Positions 19,278 through 26,860 of a stretch of DNA of 40,745 bases are shown one piece after another. Made by a program: the position numbers and the translations under genes. Origin of the DNA: a virus; the UHGV virus genome UHGV-0435673; one strand, given 5' to 3'. The notes under the pieces are model-generated. The model was not told where the DNA came from and did no database searches. It was given only the letters and a program-made list of their open reading frames with translations. Each line of letters begins with the position of its first letter. The stretch's first letter is position 1.

Positions 19278-19315
19278 CCCCCAACGGCAAAGAAAAGTCG
19301 TTGGGGGATTTTTTT
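19278..19315 (+). terminator. Intrinsic terminator hairpin whose U7 runs straight into the ATG of the next ORF
   Basis: CCCCCAACG-12 nt loop-CGTTGGGGG followed by ATTTTTTTATG. Confidence 0.5.
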
Positions 19316-19642
19316 ATGTACTCAAACTATTTTTCCGCATTTGTGGACGGAACCGGGGGCATCCACGTTCAGGAAATGAACGGGACTCGTCAAATCGGTG
19401 TCTCCCTTGAGAAGTTCAGGGAAGTTGAATCCGTAGCAAACGAAGCTCTTGCAAAAGTCGAGACATATTACAAACAGCTTGTTGATGCAGGGATCATCAA
19501 GCCCAAGCTTACGGCGGAAGATCAGCTTGCGGCGCTTACGCAGCAAGTCGCTATTCTGACTGATAAACTTTCCAAAATGACACCGCAGGGGGTGGAACAT
19601 GAACTTTGTGGGCCTCGCCAAAGCGTTTCTGCCGAAAGATAG
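19316..19642 (+). CDS. Hypothetical 108-aa protein
   Basis: ORF starts at the ATG abutting the terminator U-tract (MYSNYFSAFVDG...). Confidence 0.35.
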   Translation: MYSNYFSAFVDGTGGIHVQEMNGTRQIGVSLEKFREVESVANEALAKVETYYKQLVDAGIIKPKLTAEDQLAALTQQVAILTDKLSKMTPQGVEHELCGPRQSVSAER

Positions 19643-19949
19643 CCCGTGGTTTCAGCGCATCGAACAGGCGCAGCAGATCGCCGCACAGTTCCCGTCCACG
19701 AAAGGAGGCCTGACCGACCTCATGCGGCAATACAACATCAATCAGGAAAAGTTCCAGCAGGCTCTTGGGGCGCTTAACAATCCCATGATTTCAGGGATGC
19801 TGAACCGTTTTCAGCCTGGACTAACCGACAAGCTGCGCGGCGCTGCACAAGAGGTTTCCACTATGGAAACACCGCCCTCATCCGGGGCACTTCCCAGTGG
19901 AGAAAATGCAGTGTCCAGCCTGCGTGAACGCCTGAACAAGTTCAAATAA
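19599..19949 (+). CDS. Hypothetical 116-aa protein
   Basis: Overlapping, co-directional ORF. Confidence 0.35.
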   Translation: MNFVGLAKAFLPKDSPWFQRIEQAQQIAAQFPSTKGGLTDLMRQYNINQEKFQQALGALNNPMISGMLNRFQPGLTDKLRGAAQEVSTMETPPSSGALPSGENAVSSLRERLNKFK

Positions 19950-20000
19950 CAGCAATGCGGGGATTTCCCCCGCTGCAATACCATGCCAAGAGGTATCATT

Positions 20001-20570
20001 ATGTACGAATCTGAAGGCTCCGGCGGTATCGGCATTTGGGGCATTGCCATTTTTCTTCTGATCCTGTTCGCCGCGTGGGGCGGGTGGGGCGGCAACCGCA
20101 ACGCCTATGCCGGACCGCTTCCGGCCACCTCGGGCTGCGGCTGCGGTTTCTCGAACTGCAACACCGACCGCGACGTTCTGAAGCTGGAAACGACCATGAC
20201 CGCCCAGAACGCGCTGAACAACGCCAACCTGGACACTCTGGCGCGTACCATCCTGACCAATCAGGATAAGAACACTGCCGCGATCCTTGATGGCCAGAAG
20301 GATCTGTACATCCGCGATCTCGAACGTATCGCCACGCAGCAGTTCATCACTTCGCAGAACGAACAGACCCGCAACCTGATCAACATGTCGACCGCTCAGG
20401 CGGAAGCCAAGGGCGCGGCTCAGAACTGCGAACTGAATCACCGCTTGGACGTGATCCAGGCCGAAATGCTTAAGCGGCCTCCGTTCATGCCCTTTGGAGC
20501 GCTCCCCGTCGCCGGGTGCAGCAACCTGCCGACTGGCTGCGGCTGCGGTAGCTTCGGCTCCTTCGCCTAA
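20001..20570 (+). CDS. Membrane-anchored protein with GCGCG motifs at both ends
   Basis: N-terminal TM (GIGIWGIAIFLLILFAAWGGWGG), helical Q/N/A-rich centre, SGCGCGFS near the TM and TGCGCGSF at the C-terminus. Confidence 0.4.
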   Translation: MYESEGSGGIGIWGIAIFLLILFAAWGGWGGNRNAYAGPLPATSGCGCGFSNCNTDRDVLKLETTMTAQNALNNANLDTLARTILTNQDKNTAAILDGQKDLYIRDLERIATQQFITSQNEQTRNLINMSTAQAEAKGAAQNCELNHRLDVIQAEMLKRPPFMPFGALPVAGCSNLPTGCGCGSFGSFA

Positions 20571-20647
20571 ATCCCCCCTCCCTGACAGGGCGGGCCGTCT
20601 CCTGCATGGCGGCCCGCCCGCAACCCCTGCTCTGCCGGAGGTACGAC

Positions 20648-21106
20648 ATGAGCGCTTGCTGCAATACCGTCCCGGTCATCACGGTCACGAATATCGCCGT
20701 CAACACGACTACGAATATCGCCACCCTGACTTTTTCCGGTTCTCTCCCCTCTTCGGGATGCTTCAATATCCGTATTCCAGGCGGGTGCCGATGCCTGCGC
20801 ATCAACCCGTGCTCCACGGCTCGCGTCCAGCTGACCAACGGGACGACAACCTATACAAATGTCCTTGCCCGTTGCGGCAATTACTTGCTCCTTGGGCAGA
20901 TTGCCCGGCACGTCATGTGCGGGCGCTGCCTGCATATGAACATGGCGACGGCTCCGGCCAATCAGATGATCTGCCTTGATCGCCTGTGCCCGCCCGCAAA
21001 CGGCACCCCGGTGGCGGTTCCCGTATCCGTAAGCGTCACCCCGGCAGTCTCTTCCACGGAAAGCCCGGATGAGGCTGACGTCGTGAAAGCTGCTTCCAGC
21101 AAGTAG
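20648..21106 (+). CDS. Cys-rich protein (13 Cys) with a VTNIAVNTTTNIATLT repeat
   Basis: ORF from MSACCNT. No clear signal peptide. Lies in the lysogenic-conversion position. Confidence 0.35.
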   Translation: MSACCNTVPVITVTNIAVNTTTNIATLTFSGSLPSSGCFNIRIPGGCRCLRINPCSTARVQLTNGTTTYTNVLARCGNYLLLGQIARHVMCGRCLHMNMATAPANQMICLDRLCPPANGTPVAVPVSVSVTPAVSSTESPDEADVVKAASSK

Positions 21107-21115
21107 GGAGGTCCT

Positions 21116-21313
21116 ATGAACGGTTTTGTGGGCTTTCTTGCTGGTGCGGTCGCTACCGCGCTTGTTGCCACTGATACTGGCCGCCGCCTTACCAACGAAC
21201 TCGGAAGAAGCGTCAGCGCCAGCGCGAAACGCAAGTACGACGAGCTCATCACGAACATTACGCCACCTGAAACGGGTGCTGATGATGGCACTAAGGAAGA
21301 GGATCATGTGTAA
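21116..21313 (+). CDS. Small single-TM protein
   Basis: SD GGGAGG 5 nt upstream. FVGFLAGAVATALVA hydrophobic segment. Confidence 0.3.
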   Translation: MNGFVGFLAGAVATALVATDTGRRLTNELGRSVSASAKRKYDELITNITPPETGADDGTKEEDHV

Positions 21314-21767
21314 AGACCTGCACTCTGAGATGCATCTGGTTTCTGAGATGCATCTGGTTTCCGATGCCAAAATGGATATTTTGCACGGGCTCAACGTCTT
21401 GACTGATATGCGCGCTCCGGACCCTGCGGCCATTTATCATATGGCGAAATCCTATGATCTCCTTGCGGAACGCGAAGACGAACTTGAAGAGGAAGGCGGC
21501 GCTTCCGGTTTGGCCGACGAATATGAAGGCTGCGACGCGGAAGGTAAGCGCCTCATGGAAAAGCTGAAGCATCACTTCAAGCACTACATGAAAGCAAAGG
21601 CCGAACATCGGCGCACCGGAAGCGCTGAACATAAGGCTGCCATGCTTGAGCATATGCGGCATCATATTCCGGCTTGCGTCGCCTTGTTCGAGTACATGCG
21701 GGCGCATGGGGATTCCTGCCCGGAAGAGCAGGCCCTTGCTGCTGAACTCGTCGCACGTTTCCATTGA
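21306..21767 (+). CDS. His-rich acidic protein carrying an 18-nt in-frame tandem duplication
   Basis: ATG overlaps the upstream stop. Perfect 18-nt tandem repeat at 21324-21359 encodes SEMHLVSEMHLV. H-rich C-terminal half. Confidence 0.35.
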   Translation: MCKDLHSEMHLVSEMHLVSDAKMDILHGLNVLTDMRAPDPAAIYHMAKSYDLLAEREDELEEEGGASGLADEYEGCDAEGKRLMEKLKHHFKHYMKAKAEHRRTGSAEHKAAMLEHMRHHIPACVALFEYMRAHGDSCPEEQALAAELVARFH

Positions 21768-21785
21768 TCAATCGGATTGAAGACA

Positions 21786-21832
21786 CAAAAAAATCCCCCT
21801 CCCGGCGCGAACCGAGGAGGGGGATTTTTTTG
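21786..21832. terminator. Strong, possibly bidirectional intrinsic terminator
   Basis: AAAAAAA-ATCCCCCTCC-13 nt loop-GGAGGGGGAT-TTTTTTT. Confidence 0.6.
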
Positions 21833-22055
21833 GACACATATTCTGACACATATTTAGAGTGCTTTTGCCACATTTTGACACATTTTGCTGAGGCTTGATA
21901 TAATAAATTCAATATGTTAATATGTAAACAATGCCCTGTACATGGGAATCATGCTTAAAACAACAGTGTGTAAAAGTTGTTTGTTAACCATTGGTTATTG
22001 ACGAACTGAACATCCATCTTTAAGTTGCCACATATTTTCTGCCACATATTTAGGT
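21833..22055. promoter_or_regulatory. Candidate attP region with repeated arm-type motifs (G/T)(A/C)CACAT(A)TTT
   Basis: GACACATATT, GACACATATTT, GCCACATTTT and GACACATTTT lie downstream of the int stop. GCCACATATTTT and GCCACATATTT lie inside the int 3' end. An AT-rich core sits between the two groups. Confidence 0.4.
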
Positions 22056-23089
22056 TCAGGGATAGCCTCAATTGCGGCAATTTTTTGAGAGTTGAGGACG
22101 TGCTGATAGTGTTTCAAAACCATTGTAAGGCTGGCGTGCCCCATGAGCTTTGCAACCGTCCCGATGTCTGCACCTGCGGCGATAGCTTCGGTAGCAAAGG
22201 CATGTCTCAGATCGTAGGGACGTATCTTTCTTGATATTCCAGCACGCCTGAGAGCTGCTTTCCATCCCTCATGTATGGTTCTAATGGGCTTTCCTCTGAA
22301 ATGGATAACTTGATTGAGTCCTAATTCTTTATCAGCATCACGCCACGACCGCAATTCATCTATCAATGTTTTTCTTATCGGGATATCACGGATGGGTTCT
22401 TTTCTATTTTTCTTTGCAGCATGTAGATGAATCACACTATTTTCAATGTCTACATCGGACCATTTTAAACTGAAAAGCTCTGATGGACCTACTCTAATAC
22501 CCATTTGTGAACCAAGTATGATCACGCGCCGCACATGTTCATTGGCGTGTGCGAATATCAAGGCAATTTCATGCTGTGTCGGTGGTACAAAATGTTCATA
22601 TTCAACATGCGGCAAAGTTGGGATTCTTGGCATCTCTCTGATGAGTTCATTTTGATATGCCCATCTAATTATGGAAATAACCGGACTTACATAACGCCTG
22701 ATAGTTGCTGTTTTGATTCTGCGTGATAGAAAATACTCGACGAGGGTTTTAAGTTTTGTACTATCAATCTCATGAATGGGGATATCACACATGAATGGCA
22801 TAGCCGGTTTCATATTTGCCAAATGTCTGTTTAATGCCTTTTCCGAAAAGTGTTTTTCTTTTAGAAATAAATAATATACGGACTCAAATGTGTGTTCCTG
22901 ATTCGTCTCAGAGACTTCGTCCTTACGGAATGAATCTCTTTCATACTTAAGCTGATACTTCTTGAGGGCATCTTGCTTCTTTGCTTCCTCCTCTGTTTCG
23001 ACGTAAAGTGACTCACGCTTGAGCGTAAAAGGGTTATTCCAGTACACTTCCCACGGCTTTTTACGGCCTTTCCTCTGTCTGATAGCCAT
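21995..23089 (-). CDS. int: Tyrosine integrase (site-specific recombinase)
   Basis: C-terminal catalytic region IRPYDLRHAFATEAIAAGADIGTVAKLMGHASLTMVLKHYQHV carries the R..H..R..Y signature. Start set at the internal MAIRQRKG just after the xis stop. Confidence 0.75.
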   Translation of the reverse strand: MAIRQRKGRKKPWEVYWNNPFTLKRESLYVETEEEAKKQDALKKYQLKYERDSFRKDEVSETNQEHTFESVYYLFLKEKHFSEKALNRHLANMKPAMPFMCDIPIHEIDSTKLKTLVEYFLSRRIKTATIRRYVSPVISIIRWAYQNELIREMPRIPTLPHVEYEHFVPPTQHEIALIFAHANEHVRRVIILGSQMGIRVGPSELFSLKWSDVDIENSVIHLHAAKKNRKEPIRDIPIRKTLIDELRSWRDADKELGLNQVIHFRGKPIRTIHEGWKAALRRAGISRKIRPYDLRHAFATEAIAAGADIGTVAKLMGHASLTMVLKHYQHVLNSQKIAAIEAIPEPKYVAENMWQLKDGCSVRQ

Positions 23090-23127
23090 ACTGAATAGCT
23101 CCTGAGCAAAGGAGGCCGCTCCAGCTG

Positions 23128-23427
23128 CTACTGGACGGCCCCCATATTGAACTCTGCTAAAAGTTCCTTGGCGGATTTTCCGATGACGCACCCTGATGTT
23201 TTGGTCTGTCTTCGTCGCCTTGGAACTCCTGCCTTTGCTTGAGCCTCAGCATGTAATGTGTCGATCACCGTCATAACGGCCCGACGATGCCAGCGCAAGC
23301 CGTTTCCGCGTCCACGTCCCAGATCGACAGGCTGCACGCCGTGGGAGCGTAGCAAGTTGAGTGAACGTGTAATCCCCATTCCCATGAGTTCGGAGGCCTG
23401 TTCTGTAGTCAAAAGTGTTGGCTCCAT
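23128..23427 (-). CDS. Excisionase/AlpA-like HTH protein upstream of int
   Basis: LLTTEQASELMGMGITRSLNLLRSHGVQPVDLGRGRGNGLRWHRRAV is an HTH followed by the wing motif, as in AlpA/Xis. Adjacent to int. Confidence 0.5.
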   Translation of the reverse strand: MEPTLLTTEQASELMGMGITRSLNLLRSHGVQPVDLGRGRGNGLRWHRRAVMTVIDTLHAEAQAKAGVPRRRRQTKTSGCVIGKSAKELLAEFNMGAVQ

Positions 23428-23438
23428 TTTCTTTCCTC

Positions 23439-23933
23439 CTACGCGGCCCGCTCGTACACCCGCGTCCCAATCTCAGCGATTCGCGGGTCGACCTTTTCGA
23501 GCGCATTGCACAGCGTGGTCAGCGTTTTGAGCAGGTTGTGCCAGTGAAGGCCCCGGAAGTAGGCGGGGCAGGTGTTCCGGCAGTCCTCAAGGAAGGTCAG
23601 CCCGGCCCACATCCCGGCGGCCCATTGCGTCCAGCGGGAAGCGTCGCCGGAAGCCGCCTGAATGTCCCCGACATGCCCGGCAAGGATATGGAACCGGGCA
23701 TCCAGATCCCGTTTCGCGCCTGCGGAGAGTCTGCGCTTCTGCGTGTCGTCCGCGCATCGGTCGATCCAGCGGTTGACCTTCTCGACTTGTCTGCCAAGGT
23801 CGCCAAGCTGTGCCAGCATTTCCGGCTTGAGGAAAGAAATCGCCACGGTGATCATGGACAGGGCCAGAACACAGCGAGTGTGCTGGATGGCCTCGTGCGG
23901 GTACGGGATTACGGGGTTGATGGGTCTTCGCAT
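23439..23933 (-). CDS. Hypothetical 164-aa early protein
   Basis: ORF in the leftward early operon. Confidence 0.35.
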   Translation of the reverse strand: MRRPINPVIPYPHEAIQHTRCVLALSMITVAISFLKPEMLAQLGDLGRQVEKVNRWIDRCADDTQKRRLSAGAKRDLDARFHILAGHVGDIQAASGDASRWTQWAAGMWAGLTFLEDCRNTCPAYFRGLHWHNLLKTLTTLCNALEKVDPRIAEIGTRVYERAA

Positions 23934-23969
23934 GTTCTCCTCCAGAAAAAGGAAAAGCCCCTTTCGGGG

Positions 23970-24167
23970 CTACTTCGGTTCGTGCTTGGCTTTGGCGTTC
24001 CAAGCGTCTATGGCTTCCTTGAGTGTATCGAAAAGCAGAGTTTTTGCAGGACATCCAACTCTATTACAAGAGACGCGCCACACTTCGGCCATGCCGACAA
24101 ACGTTTCTATCAATACGCACTCTGTGTATGCGGAATGCCCGCAGAGAGGGCACGGTTTCAAGGCCAT
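23970..24167 (-). CDS. Lar-family restriction alleviation protein (Zn-ribbon)
   Basis: MALKPCPLCGHSAY...VSCNRVGCPAKT...EAIDAWNAKA matches the Lar family pattern (CPxCG ... CxxC ... AWN). Confidence 0.55.
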   Translation of the reverse strand: MALKPCPLCGHSAYTECVLIETFVGMAEVWRVSCNRVGCPAKTLLFDTLKEAIDAWNAKAKHEPK

Positions 24168-24169
24168 GG

Positions 24170-24502
24170 CTATTCCTTCGGTTCGCGGGGTTCGGGGATG
24201 GGGCCTGCCCATTGCCAGCCCTCTCTTGTTCTGTCGCATAATTCGGGGAACTTCGTAATCCCAAGGTGTGAAGATGTTTTATACCAATACCATCCCGGAA
24301 CCTGAGGCGGGTTATCCGCCCACTCCAGCGCTCGGGGCAGGGCGTTCCATTGTTTGACAGCATACTCCACGTCGACCTTTGGAGCGCAAGGGCCGCACAT
24401 CCCGCACGCGGGACAGAATCCGTAGGCTCTCGTATCTACTCTCATGACCACATCGGAAGCCCCACACGCCGGGCACGGTAGCAACGTCAGTTCTTCGGGC
24501 AT
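24170..24502 (-). CDS. Second Lar-like Zn-ribbon protein with a W-rich C-terminal extension
   Basis: LPCPACGASD...FCPACGMCGPCA...AVKQWNAL, then PGWYWYKTSSHL...GWQWAGP. ATGA-coupled to the downstream Lar gene. Confidence 0.5.
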   Translation of the reverse strand: MPEELTLLPCPACGASDVVMRVDTRAYGFCPACGMCGPCAPKVDVEYAVKQWNALPRALEWADNPPQVPGWYWYKTSSHLGITKFPELCDRTREGWQWAGPIPEPREPKE

Positions 24503-24705
24503 GATTCATCCAGCATTTTTCTGATTGTCATAAGTGAATCATCAACATATAGAAGATCGTTGATAGCGCATTTGAGCAAGTCTTGATACCGTCGATGCTT
24601 TCCACATCGTTCCTTTATTTTTCTCAGATGTTCGACGATTGCCCCGATTTCCCATTGTCGCTGCTCAAGTTCCGCATCAAGTCCGTTCAGCGCGTGCTCT
24701 TTCAT
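24487..24705 (-). CDS. Hypothetical 72-aa protein
   Basis: Small overlapping ORF in the operon. Confidence 0.3.
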   Translation of the reverse strand: MKEHALNGLDAELEQRQWEIGAIVEHLRKIKERCGKHRRYQDLLKCAINDLLYVDDSLMTIRKMLDESCPKN

Positions 24706-24929
24706 CTCCCTTCCTTCACGGCCTTGCGCCTTTTAATCATCTCATTGGCCTTTTTGATCCAGCACAGTTGTCTGGATACGAGATTCTGACAACTGTGCAG
24801 TCCTCTGAGATTACATCCTTCACACCCACCAGTGATGGCTAGCAATCTTGCCAATTCCCATATCCTTGCGGCATTTTTTTCATTGGAGTTCATCTGTTCT
24901 GACTGCCTCGCGTGCGGCTTCCCGTACAT
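24702..24929 (-). CDS. Hypothetical 75-aa protein
   Basis: Small ATGA-coupled ORF. Confidence 0.3.
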   Translation of the reverse strand: MYGKPHARQSEQMNSNEKNAARIWELARLLAITGGCEGCNLRGLHSCQNLVSRQLCWIKKANEMIKRRKAVKEGR

Positions 24930-25365
24930 CTTCAGGCAACGGCGGATTCATAGCACCGGAATCGATCTCGGGCAGTAAATCAATGTCGATATATGCGTTT
25001 GCAAGCCAGATACTGAGGACATCCGCTTCCCGATCCAGCCGTTCCAGTTGAGCCTTGACCTGTTTGTCTGCTTCATCGCAATCGTCGATGTGACCAGAAC
25101 CGCCACACCAAGGGCAGTTATATCTTTCGGTAAATTCTTCTTCGGTCATGTGAGTATGACCGGGCAACGGTGACGGGATTTCCCCGCCCCACGCTGCGGC
25201 TGCTACTTCTGACATGGTGACGGCGTGTTTCCGTGCTAGTTCCAGTTCCCGGCACAGCCTAAAAATGGTAGCTGCTGGTCCGAGTTTGTCGAGCTCCGTG
25301 GAGTCTCCGAGCATGTCGCCAATGGCGGCGGTTCGGATGTAGTCGAGTTCTTCGGGGGTGATCAT
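24880..25365 (-). CDS. Hypothetical protein with a CPWCGGSG...C.D Zn-finger-like motif
   Basis: Start at the internal MITPEEL, coupled to the upstream stop. Confidence 0.35.
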   Translation of the reverse strand: MITPEELDYIRTAAIGDMLGDSTELDKLGPAATIFRLCRELELARKHAVTMSEVAAAAWGGEIPSPLPGHTHMTEEEFTERYNCPWCGGSGHIDDCDEADKQVKAQLERLDREADVLSIWLANAYIDIDLLPEIDSGAMNPPLPEDVREAAREAVRTDELQ

Positions 25366-25724
25366 TCTTTCGGCTCCGTAGCTTGATATGCGTCTTGAAG
25401 GACTTCTTCCGACGTCCGCATAAACCATTCTCCGGGACCGCCAGCTTCCCCGCTTGCCTCTTCGGATAAGTATTTTATCATCTCCACCAGCTTCGGCACG
25501 GCGTTGCAGGCCGCGACGATGTAGGCGGCGTCGGATGCGGTAATATCAGGTGAATCAGCTACTTTGATTGTTTCGTCATCGTCAGGATCTAATGGGCATG
25601 TTGAGATCCTGACGAACCCTGCATTATATCTCCATGCTTCCCACAGCCCCGGCGTCGCCGCCTTCCTAAGCCGTTCCAGTTCGTCAAGCCATTCTTGTGC
25701 GGTCATTCCGCTATGTCCTCCCAC
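25362..25724 (-). CDS. Hypothetical 120-aa protein (Ead/Ea22-like region AAYIVAACNAVPKLVEMI)
   Basis: Weak resemblance to ead/Ea22-type early proteins. Confidence 0.3.
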   Translation of the reverse strand: MGGHSGMTAQEWLDELERLRKAATPGLWEAWRYNAGFVRISTCPLDPDDDETIKVADSPDITASDAAYIVAACNAVPKLVEMIKYLSEEASGEAGGPGEWFMRTSEEVLQDAYQATEPKE

Positions 25725-26026
25725 ATTTGATCAGTAACAAGACAACACCATCCGTCAGGCGTGGGCCAGAATGGGCAACAGCCATTTTCCACTGGGCACG
25801 CACCACGGCGGCATCGTTCGGCAAGCTGTACTGGGGTGAAGTCTTTGTACTCTGGCAGTACGTCATCATTCCACCAATCAGCCGGGGTGACTTTTCGGCA
25901 TCCCTTCATCATCTTGCAGTGCTCACCGCCTCCCGCTGGGCACCCGGACTGTCCCTCGCTGTGCGCGCATAGATAAGCGCGTATCAGAGCCCGTTTGGAA
26001 TACTTTTCAAGATGTTCTATCTTCAT
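25703..26026 (-). CDS. Small Cys-rich protein (paralogue A)
   Basis: SKRALIRAYLCAHSEGQSGCPAGGGEHC...VTPADWW...GCCPFWPTPDGWCC. Confidence 0.35.
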   Translation of the reverse strand: MKIEHLEKYSKRALIRAYLCAHSEGQSGCPAGGGEHCKMMKGCRKVTPADWWNDDVLPEYKDFTPVQLAERCRRGACPVENGCCPFWPTPDGWCCLVTDQMWEDIAE

Positions 26027-26234
26027 CCTTCTTCTCCTGCGCGCTGTTCAACACTTCTTCCCAAGCTTGAGGAGTAACGTCTGAGCACCACACCTCTTTC
26101 ATAGGGCAATTTTCTGTTTCTTCGCCATGTAGCGGGCATCGAGTATAAACCGATGCACTGATTTTACACATATACGCCCGAGAGATTGCCTCTTTCGAGC
26201 ACTGCATAATGGATTCAAGCGTGGTTTCGTTCAT
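26007..26234 (-). CDS. Small Cys-rich protein (paralogue B)
   Basis: SKEAISRAYMCKISASVYTRCPLHGEETENCPMKEVWCSDVTPQAWEEVL. Same architecture as the downstream gene. Confidence 0.35.
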   Translation of the reverse strand: MNETTLESIMQCSKEAISRAYMCKISASVYTRCPLHGEETENCPMKEVWCSDVTPQAWEEVLNSAQEKKDEDRTS

Positions 26235-26511
26235 TGTTCATCTCCTCTTCAACGGCGATGCGCGCTTCCCGAAGGATGTACCACGCTAGGCTTTTGGCTT
26301 TGAAACCATCAAGGAACTGCAAGTTGTTAGATATCATATCTAGTTCTGATGCATTCTCAGCGATACACCGTGATACCCTCGCCTCGAACTCGGCGGCGTC
26401 GCGGTAGTCTATCAATGCCGGGCTCATCCCCGGAGTAAAAGCTAAGTAAAGACCGAAAGAAAACAGATTTCTATCTCTCTGTTTTAGCCACTTCCTTTCC
26501 CATTTCGTCAT
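26215..26511 (-). CDS. Hypothetical 98-aa protein
   Basis: ORF overlapping both neighbours. Confidence 0.3.
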   Translation of the reverse strand: MTKWERKWLKQRDRNLFSFGLYLAFTPGMSPALIDYRDAAEFEARVSRCIAENASELDMISNNLQFLDGFKAKSLAWYILREARIAVEEEMNNERNHA

Positions 26512-26780
26512 TCGTCCGCCTTTTCATAGGTGGCATCAAAGATGTCAGGCTTGCATGGATACAGCTCACCTTTCACACCCCGGATGATGTAGTCACCGGG
26601 AGATGCAAGGAGCTGGCCTTCAAGCGTGAAGATGATTAGATCGCCATCCTCGTTCACCAGCAATTCTCGGCAGGAACCTCCATTCAGGGCTTCTACCTCA
26701 GCGAAGTTGTTGTTTTCATGCCCATCGCGCCACCATTGAACGGCCTCAATCACAACGGGCTTTTTGCGGTATTTTTGCAT
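26508..26780 (-). CDS. Conserved small phage protein (MQKYRKKPVVIEAVQWW...PGDYIIRGVKGELYPCKPDIFDATYE)
   Basis: Start at the internal ATG. The motif recalls a recurrent phage protein family of unknown function. Confidence 0.4.
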   Translation of the reverse strand: MQKYRKKPVVIEAVQWWRDGHENNNFAEVEALNGGSCRELLVNEDGDLIIFTLEGQLLASPGDYIIRGVKGELYPCKPDIFDATYEKADE

Positions 26781-26860
26781 GTTTCCCCGCGTGCTTCGTA
26801 TGCGCGGCCCACGGTTTGGGGTATGAAAAGCCCCGCCGGGGGAGGGCGGGGCGTGGGGTG

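Noticed and set aside
19878-21433. Minus-strand ORFs 19878..20441 and 20567..21433 (187 and 288 aa)
   Set aside because: Antisense to the + strand conversion genes. Arg/Gly-rich composition typical of GC-rich shadow frames. No start signals.
21833-22000. tRNA gene at the attachment site
   Set aside because: No cloverleaf-compatible sequence with acceptor-stem or T-loop (GTTCRANYC) features was evident next to int. The region is AT-rich repeat DNA instead.
23415-24305. Plus-strand ORFs 23415..24305 and 23662..24258 across xis and the Lar genes
   Set aside because: Shadow ORFs on the wrong strand relative to the coherent minus-strand operon with recognisable domains (Xis, Lar).
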